A stretch of DNA of 64,000 bases from Eubacteriales bacterium (GCA_045595605.1 JAZOAS010000149.1:5462-69461), one strand, 5' to 3'; counted from the first letter of the stretch, positions 18,870-27,242 are shown. The notes: generated by a model not told the origin, from the letters alone. Made by a program: numbers and translations.

Positions 18870-19075
18870 TGCCGGACGGGCCTACTTTTGATTGCAAAAG
18901 TAGCAAAACCGGGGAGAACTCACGCCTCGCTCCCGCGAGGCAAGAAACCTCCCCGCTCTCACTGCGGTTCGGTCACGCCGCGGTTCTAACAGTCCACTGG
19001 ACTGTTATTCATTTCCGCGACGACATTCGTCTTCGCCTCACTACCCTCCGCTCGCACCAAATTAACTCTCTACAA
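18870..19075. repeat. GC-rich multi-hairpin intergenic element of unknown function
   Basis: Hairpins: CTACTTTTG-attg-CAAAAGTAG (18882..18903). Nested CGGGGAG...[GCCTCGC-tccc-GCGAGGC]...CTCCCCG (18910..18955). TAACAGTCC-act-GGACTGTTA (18987..19007). GCGGTTC direct repeat (18964/18979). The overlapping 101-aa track ORF looks like a translation artefact. Confidence 0.5.
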
Positions 19076-19110
19076 TGTGTCAGTTTGTTATATGCGGTTT
19101 GTGCAGAGCG

Positions 19111-19139
19111 AAAAAGAAGAGCCGAAAATTCGGCTCTTC
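19111..19139 (-). terminator. Terminator of the amino-acid ABC operon
   Basis: Minus strand GAAGAGCCG-loop-CGGCTCTTC followed by T5. Confidence 0.75.
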
Positions 19140-19174
19140 TGATTTTGCGGTGCAGAGGTTTTTAACATCCTCTT

Positions 19175-19903
19175 TTATAATACTTTTCCTAAAAATGCCT
19201 GAAGTCGTGGACTCTTCGGGTTACCGAAGATTTCATCAGGTGTTCCCGACTCTGCTATAACGCCCTCGTCCATAAACAGAACGCGCGTTGCAACTTCCTT
19301 TGCAAAGCCCATTTCGTGAGTAACGACGACCATCGTCATTCCCATATCCGCAACCTCGCGCATAATCTCAAGAACCTCGCCGACCATCTCGGGGTCGAGA
19401 GCTGATGTCGGCTCGTCAAAGAGCATAACATCCGGGTTCATCGCAAGCGCTCTTGCAATCGCGATTCGCTGCTGCTGACCGCCTGAGAGCTGACCGGGGT
19501 AAGCGTCTGCCTTTTCGGGAAGACCTACTCTTTCAAGAAGCGCGAGAGCTTTTTCCTCTGCCTCTTTGTCCGTCATAAGCTTGAGCTTTACTGGTGCGAG
19601 CTTTATGTTGTCCTTAACCGTCATATGCGGGAAGAGGTTGAACTGCTGGAAAACCATTCCCATTTTCTGGCGGAGCTTGTTTATATCGTTCTTCGGGTCG
19701 GTGATGTCCGTCCCCTCAAAGAAGATGTGTCCGTCTGTCGGCTGTTCGAGGAGATTCAGGCAACGGAGAAATGTTGACTTTCCCGAGCCCGACGCGCCGA
19801 TGATTACGACCTTTTCGCCTTTTTTGATCTCTTCGTTTATATCCTTGAGAACGAGATTGTCCCCAAACGCCTTCTTTAACCCTTTAACGCTTATCACTTG
19901 CAC
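19175..19903 (-). CDS. Polar amino-acid ABC transporter ATP-binding protein (GlnQ/ArtP type)
   Basis: [37 protein letters not shown]; 242 aa. Confidence 0.92.
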   Translation of the reverse strand: MQVISVKGLKKAFGDNLVLKDINEEIKKGEKVVIIGASGSGKSTFLRCLNLLEQPTDGHIFFEGTDITDPKNDINKLRQKMGMVFQQFNLFPHMTVKDNIKLAPVKLKLMTDKEAEEKALALLERVGLPEKADAYPGQLSGGQQQRIAIARALAMNPDVMLFDEPTSALDPEMVGEVLEIMREVADMGMTMVVVTHEMGFAKEVATRVLFMDEGVIAESGTPDEIFGNPKSPRLQAFLGKVL

Positions 19904-20663
19904 GCAACCTCCTTTCGAGAATTCCGAGAAGCTTTGTAAGAATCATAACAAGAACGAGGTAGATAACCGCAAGGCTTATATACGGAATAACCGCGGTATA
20001 TGTCTTTGAAACGATTACCTGCGCCGCCTTTGTAACATCCTGAAGCGCGATAACGGTAACGAGCGATGTCTCCTTGAGGAGCGCGATGAGCTCGTTTCCG
20101 AGCGCGGGGAGAATGTTCTTAAACGCCTGCGGAAGGATTATGCTCCACATAGTCTGCCAGTAGTTAAGACCAAGGCTTCTGCCCGCTTCCATCTGACCTG
20201 CATTTATAGACATAATACCCGAGCGCGCAATCTCCGCAACATACGCACCCGAGTTTATACCGAGCGTGATAATCGCGCAGATGACCGTCTGCGAATCAGA
20301 CTTCGGAACCATTACGACAAAGCCCATTATAAGAAGCTGTACCATAAGCGGAGTTCCGCGGAGAACGGTTACATAAATCTTGCAGATACTGTTAAGTATG
20401 CGAAGGAAAAAGTTTGGGCGTCCTCGTGCACTATCGTGAGTTGAGCGGATAATCGCAACTATCATACCGATTATAACACCGATTATAAGCGCGCCGATTG
20501 TTACGAGGAAGGTCGTTGCAAGACCGTCGGTAAAGAACTTCCATCTGTTTTCATATATAAAAACCTGGAAAATCTGGAAGCAGAAGCGCTGGAGACCCTC
20601 GGGGAGGGCGAGAATCCATTCGGGAGCATCTGCTATCCACTTTGCAAAAGTAAGAACTGTCAA
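19884..20663 (-). CDS. Polar amino-acid ABC transporter permease (HisM/GlnP type)
   Basis: Polytopic protein with the EAA-type loop [23 protein letters not shown]. Confidence 0.88.
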   Translation of the reverse strand: MTVLTFAKWIADAPEWILALPEGLQRFCFQIFQVFIYENRWKFFTDGLATTFLVTIGALIIGVIIGMIVAIIRSTHDSARGRPNFFLRILNSICKIYVTVLRGTPLMVQLLIMGFVVMVPKSDSQTVICAIITLGINSGAYVAEIARSGIMSINAGQMEAGRSLGLNYWQTMWSIILPQAFKNILPALGNELIALLKETSLVTVIALQDVTKAAQVIVSKTYTAVIPYISLAVIYLVLVMILTKLLGILERRLRASDKR

Positions 20664-20694
20664 AGCGATTCAGTCCCCTTTCCTAAAATACTTT

Positions 20695-20728
20695 TACTCA
20701 TAACAAAGAGGGCGGAAGTTCCGCCCTC
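20695..20728 (-). terminator. Intra-operon hairpin after the binding-protein gene (partial terminator/stabiliser)
   Basis: Minus strand GAGGGCGG-aactt-CCGCCCTC followed by TTTGTTAT. This is the usual position for differential SBP expression. Confidence 0.45.
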
Positions 20729-20750
20729 CTGCTTTGTTTTATGTTTTAAA

Positions 20751-21491
20751 TTACTCAGCCTTGATGTACTTGCCGATGATTTCATCGAGCTTGCCGTCAG
20801 CCTTGAGTTCTGCAAGAGCAGCGTTGACCTTGTCAAGAAGCTCTGTGTTGTCCTTTGCGATAGCTGCTGCATAGTCTTCTGTGATGTACTCTGTGTCGAG
20901 GAGCTTGAGGCCTTCGTTTGCTTCAACAAATGCCTTTGCCGGCTCGTTGTCGATAACAACACAGTCAACCTGGCCGTTCTGGAGAGCTGCAACTGCGAGA
21001 GCACCGTTGTCATAACGAGCTACAGCGTCTTCGCCGTAGTCGCCTGCACAGTAGATGTCGCCTGTTGTGCCTGTCTGAACGCCGATCTTCTTACCTGCGA
21101 GATCGTCGATTGTAGCGATAGCGCTGTCCTCTGTAACGATAACAACCTGAACGCCTGTTGCGTAAGAATCTGAGAAGTTTACAGCTTCCTTACGCTCGTC
21201 AGTAACTGTCATACCTGCAAGAACGATATCAACAGCGCCTGAAGAAACAGCTGTGATGAGTGACTCAAAAGCCATGTCCTTGATTTCGAGCTTCATACCG
21301 AGCTTCTCAGCAACCGCAGCTGCGATTTCAGCGTCGATACCAACAACATTTCCTGCATCGTCCTTAAATTCGTACGGCGGGAAAGCTGCGTTTGTGCCCA
21401 TTGTGAGTGTCTCTTCTGCCGGAGCGTTGCAAGCTACAAGAGCAAATGCCATAACAGCAGCAAGAGCAAGTGCTAAAATTTTCTTTGTCAT
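20751..21491 (-). CDS. Polar amino-acid ABC transporter substrate-binding lipoprotein
   Basis: Lipobox ALVACN and a type-II PBP (family 3) sequence. Confidence 0.9.
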   Translation of the reverse strand: MTKKILALALAAVMAFALVACNAPAEETLTMGTNAAFPPYEFKDDAGNVVGIDAEIAAAVAEKLGMKLEIKDMAFESLITAVSSGAVDIVLAGMTVTDERKEAVNFSDSYATGVQVVIVTEDSAIATIDDLAGKKIGVQTGTTGDIYCAGDYGEDAVARYDNGALAVAALQNGQVDCVVIDNEPAKAFVEANEGLKLLDTEYITEDYAAAIAKDNTELLDKVNAALAELKADGKLDEIIGKYIKAE

Positions 21492-21623
21492 TTTATATGA
21501 CCTCCCAAAATTTTCTTTGTGAACATTTATTCACCGATGTAGAATAATTATACCACTACACTTTACTTTTGTAAAGTAAAAAATATAAAAATAAAACGGT
21601 GCCCTCTTCGGACACCGTATATT

Positions 21624-23111
21624 TTATCTGTAATATAACTTTTTCGTCTGTCTTCTCGGCTCACAGGTGAGGTTGATACCGAGCTTTCGATACACATCGA
21701 GGTCAACCTGCGAGAGGATAACCGTTGAATGAGCTTCGCATTTTCTGAGCTCTGAGAGCTTTGAGGTTGCAAGCGCGGCAATCTCGTTCTGCGCCGCCGC
21801 AACGGTGAGCGCAATCAGCACCTCGTCGGAATGAAGACGCGGGTTATGGTTGCCTAAGATGCCGGTCTTGAGCGTCTGAATCGGCTCTATAACCTCGGGC
21901 GGAATGAGGTGGATTGAATCGTCGATATTTCCGAGCGCCTTGACGGCGTTGAGAAGCGCTGACGCTGACGGACCGAGGAGCTTTGTGTTCCTGCCGGTAA
22001 CGATTCTGCCGTCGGGAAGCTCTATCGCAATCGCCGGCTCTCCGTCGCTCTCCTCGCTCTTTGCAAGCGCCGCGCCGACAACCGCGCGGTCATCAGGCGT
22101 AATTCCCGCCTGCTTCATGAGGAGCTCGACCTTCGTAACAGCGGAGTCAGAGCCGCGACCAAGCTTCATATCGCACATTACATTGAAATATCTTCTTATA
22201 ATCTCTTCCTTTGAAGCGTTGCGGGTAGCCTCGTCGTCAACTATGCAGTAGCCCGCCATATTAACGCCCATATCCGTCGGAGAGTTGTACGGGCTCTTAC
22301 CGAGAATCTTCTCGAACATCGCGCGGAGCACCGGGAAAACCTCAACATCGCGGTTGTAGTTTACCGTAGTCTCACCGTAAGCCTCGAGGTGATACGGGTC
22401 AATCATATTTACATCGTCAAGGTCCGCCGTAGCCGCTTCATACGCGAGGTTTACGGGGTGTTTGAGCGGGATATTCCAAATAGGGAAGGTCTCAAACTTC
22501 GCATACCCTGCCGAAATACCTCTCATATATTCGTGGTAAAGCTGGGAAAGGCACGCCGCCATTTTACCGCTGCCGGGGCCCGGAGCCGTAACAACAACGA
22601 GCGGGCGGGTGGTTTCGATATAATCGTTCTTTCCAAAGCCCTCTTCGCTTACGATATGAGAGATATTTACGGGATAACCGTCGATTGAATAGTGGAGATA
22701 TACCTTCATACCGAGCGTTTCGAGCTTTCTCTTGAACGCAATCGCAGACGGCTGTTCGTTAAAGCGCGAGATACATACGCTTCCGACATAAAGCCCGACT
22801 GCGCGGAACGCATCTATAAGACGGAGAACATCGCTGTCATATGTAATACCGAGGTCGTTTCTGACCTTGTTCTTTTCGATATCGGTAGCGCTTATGACTA
22901 TAACGAGCTCTACATCGTCAGAAAGGGTTTTGAGCATCTGCAGCTTACTGTCCGGCTGGAAACCGGGAAGAACACGGGACGCGTGATAATCGTCGAAGAG
23001 CTTACCGCCGAATTCAAGATAGAGCTTACCGCCGAATTTTTTAATACGCTCGCGAATCTGCTCCGACTGACGCTTGATATACGCGTCATTATCAAATCCG
23101 AGTTGCCACAT
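21624..23111 (-). CDS. DUF1846 / UPF0371 family protein
   Basis: 495 aa. The N-terminus FDNDAYIKRQSEQIRERIKKFGGKLYLEFGGKLFDDYHASRVLPGF matches my memory of the UPF0371 family. Confidence 0.75.
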   Translation of the reverse strand: MWQLGFDNDAYIKRQSEQIRERIKKFGGKLYLEFGGKLFDDYHASRVLPGFQPDSKLQMLKTLSDDVELVIVISATDIEKNKVRNDLGITYDSDVLRLIDAFRAVGLYVGSVCISRFNEQPSAIAFKRKLETLGMKVYLHYSIDGYPVNISHIVSEEGFGKNDYIETTRPLVVVTAPGPGSGKMAACLSQLYHEYMRGISAGYAKFETFPIWNIPLKHPVNLAYEAATADLDDVNMIDPYHLEAYGETTVNYNRDVEVFPVLRAMFEKILGKSPYNSPTDMGVNMAGYCIVDDEATRNASKEEIIRRYFNVMCDMKLGRGSDSAVTKVELLMKQAGITPDDRAVVGAALAKSEESDGEPAIAIELPDGRIVTGRNTKLLGPSASALLNAVKALGNIDDSIHLIPPEVIEPIQTLKTGILGNHNPRLHSDEVLIALTVAAAQNEIAALATSKLSELRKCEAHSTVILSQVDLDVYRKLGINLTCEPRRQTKKLYYR

Positions 23112-23277
23112 TGCCTTTTTCCCCCTTTATTTTTATCTAACTTAATTATTTTATCATATAAACAATATTATTTCAACCTCGATTATTTTTCTGTTTTTGA
23201 TTGTGTATTGTATAGTTTGGCATAGTTATAACGGTTTGTTTTAATTATGTCATCCCAATTATCCCGATTTCCACCCC

Positions 23278-23322
23278 AAAAAGTTGTCAAGCACAAAATT
23301 AAATTTGTGATATACTATATAT
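23278..23322 (+). promoter_or_regulatory. Promoter-like module P1 (AAAAAGTTGTCA-21-TGaTATACT), paralogous to the dnaA upstream module
   Basis: It aligns with 27114..27160 with only a few mismatches and has an extended -10 TGATATACT. Confidence 0.5.
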
Positions 23323-23398
23323 GAATTGCACAAACAATACAAATATATTATAATGAAAGAAAACAAATACCTATTAGCTCAAATAGGAGGATGAAAAA

Positions 23399-23803
23399 AT
23401 GCAGGTTAAAATCATGAAAATTACAATAGTTGTATTACTTTTAGTTGTGCTGGTAATGGGCTGTTTGGCATATCTCCAATATAGTAATATGTTCATAATA
23501 GACGAAAATAGCTATTTTAGTGATTTCTATGTCAAAGGCGATAAAGCATACATAGAATGTGTAATGGTAATCAAAAGCCCACGAGATTGCGACATCCGTC
23601 TTCTTGGTACTTTCCCGGAAGACGAAGGAAAACTTTTAAAGTATCCCTCACTTTTTGCCTATGATACGGAAGGCGGAAGTGATACTTTTCATCTGGAACG
23701 CGGAAGAAACCGTTTCGAAGTAGTTTTCATCGGTGACTATGCCGGTACATATCAAAAACAAAACAAACTTCTGCCGGAAATAGAAATCATTACATTGAAT
23801 TAA
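23399..23803 (+). CDS. Hypothetical small signal-anchored protein (AT-rich orphan, ORF-A)
   Basis: GGAGG 8 nt upstream of the ATG, one N-terminal TM (ITIVVLLLVVLVMGCLAYL), no family recognised, visibly AT-rich relative to its neighbours. Confidence 0.55.
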   Translation: MQVKIMKITIVVLLLVVLVMGCLAYLQYSNMFIIDENSYFSDFYVKGDKAYIECVMVIKSPRDCDIRLLGTFPEDEGKLLKYPSLFAYDTEGGSDTFHLERGRNRFEVVFIGDYAGTYQKQNKLLPEIEIITLN

Positions 23804-23868
23804 AAACCTCGCTTCGCTTGTGATTTTATCCACTCACTGTTGATTAGCAGTGAGTGGTTTTTTATTTT
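23795..23868 (+). terminator. Terminator module T1 (paralogous to 26986..27062)
   Basis: CCACTCACTGTT-gatt-AGCAGTGAGTGG (23830..23857) plus TTTTTTATTTT. The similarity to T2 starts at the last two codons (LN*). Confidence 0.7.
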
Positions 23869-23916
23869 CACCTTGTTTTTGTCGGGGATGCCATCCCCTA
23901 CGCTATCTTTCTGCAT

Positions 23917-23949
23917 AAAAAAGAGCCCGACTGTGTCGGACTCTTTTTT
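23917..23949. terminator. Bidirectional terminator after jag
   Basis: A6-GAGCCCGAC-tgt-GTCGGACTC-T6, with one mismatch in the stem. Confidence 0.7.
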
Positions 23950-23950
23950 G

Positions 23951-24709
23951 TTATCTGTCTTCGCGTCTTCTGTAATTGCGGGCATCCGGACCTGTGTAGT
24001 TGATGATAACGCGGCGGTTCGGCTCAACGCCGACAGAAGATGTTGAGATATTCTCCATTCCCTGGAGAGCGACATGAACGATATGTCTCTCATAAGCGTT
24101 CATCGGCTCAAGAGCCTTGTTTCTCTTATACTTGAGAACCTGGCTTGCTGCACGACGAGCGAAACGGTCGAGAGATTCTGATCTCTTTGCGCGGTAGTTT
24201 TCTGCATCAAGAGTAATTCTCTTCTTATCAGAGCTTCCGCGGTTGATTACGAGGTTTGTGATGTGCTGGAGAGCGTCGAGAGTCTCACCGCGGCGACCGA
24301 TTATTCCGCCGAGGTTCGGGCCTACGATGTCGAGAGTTACAAAGCCGTCTTCGCCTGCCTTCTCTTCTACATGTGCATCGTCGCAGATGTATGAAAGAAC
24401 TTTGTTGAGGAACTCTGCAGCGTCAGAATCTGAAGCTGCAGAAGCCTTTGCGGGCGCTGCTTTCTTTTCCTTTTTCTCCTTCTTCTCGGGAACGGGAGCG
24501 GGTGCAACCTCTTCCTCTTCGTCGTCGCCGTCGAGGGAAAATTCCTTCATAAGAATTTTTGCAGGAGCTGCGCCGATTCCGAGAAAGCCTGATTTCGGGT
24601 TCTCAAGAACCTCAACAGTTACATCTTCTCTCTCAAGACCGAGTTCACGAAGGCCTTTTTCAATAGCCTCATCTATCGTTTTTCCTGTTACTTCAATTTT
24701 ACGCGCCAT
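23951..24709 (-). CDS. jag: Jag/KhpB RNA-binding protein (Jag_N, KH, R3H domains)
   Basis: N-terminus GKTIDEAIEKGLRELG, an acidic/lysine-rich linker, KH (GRRGETLDALQ) and R3H (ERHIVHVAL). Conserved position after yidC. Confidence 0.88.
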   Translation of the reverse strand: MARKIEVTGKTIDEAIEKGLRELGLEREDVTVEVLENPKSGFLGIGAAPAKILMKEFSLDGDDEEEEVAPAPVPEKKEKKEKKAAPAKASAASDSDAAEFLNKVLSYICDDAHVEEKAGEDGFVTLDIVGPNLGGIIGRRGETLDALQHITNLVINRGSSDKKRITLDAENYRAKRSESLDRFARRAASQVLKYKRNKALEPMNAYERHIVHVALQGMENISTSSVGVEPNRRVIINYTGPDARNYRRREDR

Positions 24710-24711
24710 TT

Positions 24712-25584
24712 CTATTTTTCTCCTTCTGAAGCCTTTTTCTCGGCTTTCTTCTTATAATATAAAGTAAGCAACGGCTCCTGAACTGCTGAAAGGATGTTGC
24801 TGATGATCCAGTAGAGACCGAGACCCGCGGGAACAACGAATGCGATATATACCGACATTGCCGGCATCATAACATTCATAAGTCCGTTTGTCTGCTTTGT
24901 CTGCTCATTAACCGGTGCACCCTGTGAGCGGCGCATAAGCCAGCCTGAGAACCAGGATGTGACACCCGAAAGAATCGGAATAATCCAGAGCGGTGTGATG
25001 TACTTGAAGTTCGGGATAGCCGCAAGGTCAATTCCGAGGAACTCAAAGTTTACACCGTTTAAGTTCGGAGCAATTTCAGTAAAGAGATTGCCGTAGTCCT
25101 TTACATAAGACGCAACGCCCATTTCAAGCATATATGCGCTCTTTGCGGCGGCGCCTGTGATTCCTTGTGTAACTCCGTTTGCGGTAAGAACCTCTGCCAT
25201 CTTCGCAATCTGGTCGGTAGTGATACCGAAGATGTAAGTAAGCGGCTGACGGACGACGGAATAAAGACCTATCATGATAGGAAGCGTTATGAGAAGCGGA
25301 AGGCATCCGCCGAACATCGAAACGCCCTCTTTTTTATAGAGCTTTGAAACTTCCATCGAATATTTTTCTTTGTCGTTCTTGTATCTTCTTTCAAGCTCCT
25401 TGAGCTTCGGCTGAAGCCTGTTCATCTCAAGCATGCTCTTCTTGCTCTTCATCTGGAACGGAAGGATGATGAGCTTTGAAAGAATGGTAAACAAGATAAT
25501 GGCAATGCCATAGTTATTTATGAGGTTGTAGCACCATTTTAGGAGAATTCCAAAAATGTCTGACAAAAAACCCATAGTTTTCAC
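24712..25584 (-). CDS. yidC: Membrane protein insertase YidC/SpoIIIJ
   Basis: Short Firmicute-type YidC with the conserved TM layout and a basic C-terminal tail KKKAEKKASEGEK. Confidence 0.92.
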   Translation of the reverse strand: MKTMGFLSDIFGILLKWCYNLINNYGIAIILFTILSKLIILPFQMKSKKSMLEMNRLQPKLKELERRYKNDKEKYSMEVSKLYKKEGVSMFGGCLPLLITLPIMIGLYSVVRQPLTYIFGITTDQIAKMAEVLTANGVTQGITGAAAKSAYMLEMGVASYVKDYGNLFTEIAPNLNGVNFEFLGIDLAAIPNFKYITPLWIIPILSGVTSWFSGWLMRRSQGAPVNEQTKQTNGLMNVMMPAMSVYIAFVVPAGLGLYWIISNILSAVQEPLLTLYYKKKAEKKASEGEK

Positions 25585-25605
25585 CTTCTTTTACTTTTTA
25601 GTTCC

Positions 25606-25818
25606 CTACGGAACAGGATCGTATCCGCTTTTCTTCGAAAACGGGTGACACCTGAGTATTCGCCTTACGGCAAGGTATCCGCCCTTTATCGCGCCGTATT
25701 TTTCAAGCGCCTCCAAAGCATACTGCGAGCAGGTCGGATAAAACCTGCAGCACGGCGCTTTGTACGGCGAAATACATTTCCGATAAAACTTCACGATTAA
25801 AATGAGAAGACTCTTCAT
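25606..25818 (-). CDS. yidD: Membrane protein insertion efficiency factor YidD
   Basis: 70 aa with [27 protein letters not shown], the hallmark YidD motif. Confidence 0.88.
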   Translation of the reverse strand: MKSLLILIVKFYRKCISPYKAPCCRFYPTCSQYALEALEKYGAIKGGYLAVRRILRCHPFSKKSGYDPVP

Positions 25819-26162
25819 TTCTGCTCCTCCGAAAGAATGCCCAGACTTCCTGCCAATTTGAGCAGATTCTTCTCTATATCCGAATAGCCGACTTCGCTCG
25901 CGCGGACTCTTGCGACAACAATCATGTCAAAGCCGGGCGCAAAGAGGGCTTCGTTTCTCCGATACGCCTCGCGGATGCGACGGCGCACGCGATTTCGCAC
26001 AACTGCCTTGCCGACCTTTGTGCTGACCGTAATACCTAAACGGTTTGAGGCATTTTTATTTTTCCTTGCGTACATCGCAAGTACGGGAGTTACCGCGTTC
26101 TTTCCTTTGCGGTACAAAAAACGAAAATCCCTGTTGAGTTTGATAGACACCGTGTTTTTCAT
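25815..26162 (-). CDS. rnpA: Ribonuclease P protein component
   Basis: 115 aa, basic, with the RNR-like motif [11 protein letters not shown]. It sits between rpmH and yidD. Confidence 0.9.
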   Translation of the reverse strand: MKNTVSIKLNRDFRFLYRKGKNAVTPVLAMYARKNKNASNRLGITVSTKVGKAVVRNRVRRRIREAYRRNEALFAPGFDMIVVARVRASEVGYSDIEKNLLKLAGSLGILSEEQK

Positions 26163-26285
26163 AAAAATTTCTCCAAATAAAAAGAAAAAGCCCGAAACGG
26201 ATAAATCCGAAGGCTACATGGGCTAAATCTTTTTGGGTGCGGACACTTCCGCAAAATTTTACGCTACCGCACCATTTCTCCTGAC

Positions 26286-26420
26286 TTAGTGAGTAAGCCT
26301 TGCTCTACCCTTTGCACGGCGAGCTGAAAGAACCTTGCGACCGTTGCGGGTAGCCATTCTCTTGCGGAAACCGTGAACCTTTGAGCGATGAAGCTTCTTC
26401 GGCTGATAAGTACGAACCAT
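26286..26420 (-). CDS. rpmH: 50S ribosomal protein L34
   Basis: Hand translation [44 protein letters not shown] (44 aa) with a GGAGGTG SD. The track ORF 26305..26493 is in the wrong frame. Confidence 0.95.
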   Translation of the reverse strand: MVRTYQPKKLHRSKVHGFRKRMATRNGRKVLSARRAKGRARLTH

Positions 26421-26491
26421 TATTTTGCACCTCCATTACTTTATACTGAAAAGCCTTGTTTAGCACACTTTTCGATACAGTGTCATTAAAC

Positions 26492-26521
26492 ATTATAAAA
26501 TAAAGAGGGGCAAGATGTCAA
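26492..26521 (-). promoter_or_regulatory. rpmH operon promoter
   Basis: Minus strand TTGACA (26521..26516), 18-nt spacer, TATAAT (26497..26492), preceded by AAAAAAGTTGT. Confidence 0.6.
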
Positions 26522-26610
26522 CAACTTTTTTTCTCTTCACGGAAAAGTTGTGTTACCATTTGAAAATATACACTAAATATGGTAGAATAAAAAATAGGAG
26601 TTGGCTTGAT

Positions 26611-26994
26611 ATGAAATTTTTCCTGAAGCTCATATCCTTTATTCTTGTTATTATTTTCATAATATGGGGTATTCCAATGATAAAATGTGAATACCTTACA
26701 GCAAGGTATGGACATGAGTTTGATCTTGAAGAACCATATAAACAAAATAGTTTAATTCCCAAAACACAATCTTTTAAAGTTATGTCATACGGCAAAGAAT
26801 GGGCGGAGCTTTATTGTATAGGTGAAAATTATTCTATGGGTAACATATTGATCTTCAAAAAAACAGACGACAAGTGGACATATGACAGATGGGAAGAATG
26901 TGTCTGGACTGCACTTGGCGGCAGTGCTGATGGTGATATATGGCCATACTTCTGGCACAATACAAAATATGCGCTTATGTCCAAATTAAATTAA
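26611..26994 (+). CDS. Hypothetical small signal-anchored protein (AT-rich orphan, ORF-B) inserted between rpmH and dnaA
   Basis: TAGGAG 10 nt upstream of ATG 26611, one N-terminal TM (LKLISFILVIIFIIWGIPMI), Trp-rich ectodomain, no family recognised. The track start 26515 would overlap the rpmH promoter. Confidence 0.5.
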   Translation: MKFFLKLISFILVIIFIIWGIPMIKCEYLTARYGHEFDLEEPYKQNSLIPKTQSFKVMSYGKEWAELYCIGENYSMGNILIFKKTDDKWTYDRWEECVWTALGGSADGDIWPYFWHNTKYALMSKLN

Positions 26995-27062
26995 AAACCT
27001 CGCCTCTATGTGATTTTACCCACCCACTGCTACTTTAGCAGTGGGTGGGTTTCTTCTTTTTT
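26986..27062 (+). terminator. Terminator module T2 (paralogous to 23795..23868)
   Basis: CCCACCCACTGCT-acttt-AGCAGTGGGTGGG (27019..27049) plus a T-rich tail. Confidence 0.7.
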
Positions 27063-27087
27063 CGCCCTTTTTCCCCTTTGTGAAATG

Positions 27088-27128
27088 TGTCAAAAAGTTG
27101 TCAAAAAGTTGTCAAAAAGTTGTCAAAA
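27088..27128 (+). repeat. Tandem 11-bp repeat (TGTCAAAAAGT) x3 plus one partial copy, upstream of dnaA
   Basis: Read directly. Units at 27088, 27099, 27110 and 27121 (partial, TGTCAAAA). Confidence 0.95.
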
Positions 27129-27160
27129 TTTAATTAAAATTTGTGCTATACTATATATAT
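27114..27160 (+). promoter_or_regulatory. Promoter-like module P2 upstream of dnaA (AAAAAGTTGTCA-21-TGcTATACT)
   Basis: Extended -10 TGCTATACT. A second TGCTATAAT lies further downstream, near 27200. Paralogous to 23278..23322. Confidence 0.5.
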
Positions 27161-27242
27161 ATTATATGAAGAATTTGTGTTTACTTTTTGCACAATTTCT
27201 GCTATAATAAATCTATAATAATAAAGTGGGGGAAAATCATCT

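Noticed and set aside
18860-19165. 101-aa ORF (MYVLPDGPTFDCKSSKTG…) in the amino-acid ABC/pot spacer
   Set aside because: It coincides exactly with the GC-rich hairpin element, has no SD, and runs through a terminator. I treat it as a repeat/ncRNA candidate instead.
26305-26493. 62-aa track ORF at the rpmH position
   Set aside because: It is in the wrong frame. The correct frame (26286..26420) gives a perfect 44-aa L34.
27010-27207. 65-aa ORF across the dnaA upstream region
   Set aside because: It is a translation of the terminator hairpin and the 11-bp tandem repeat (…CQKVVKKLSKSCQ…). It has no SD and overlaps promoter elements.
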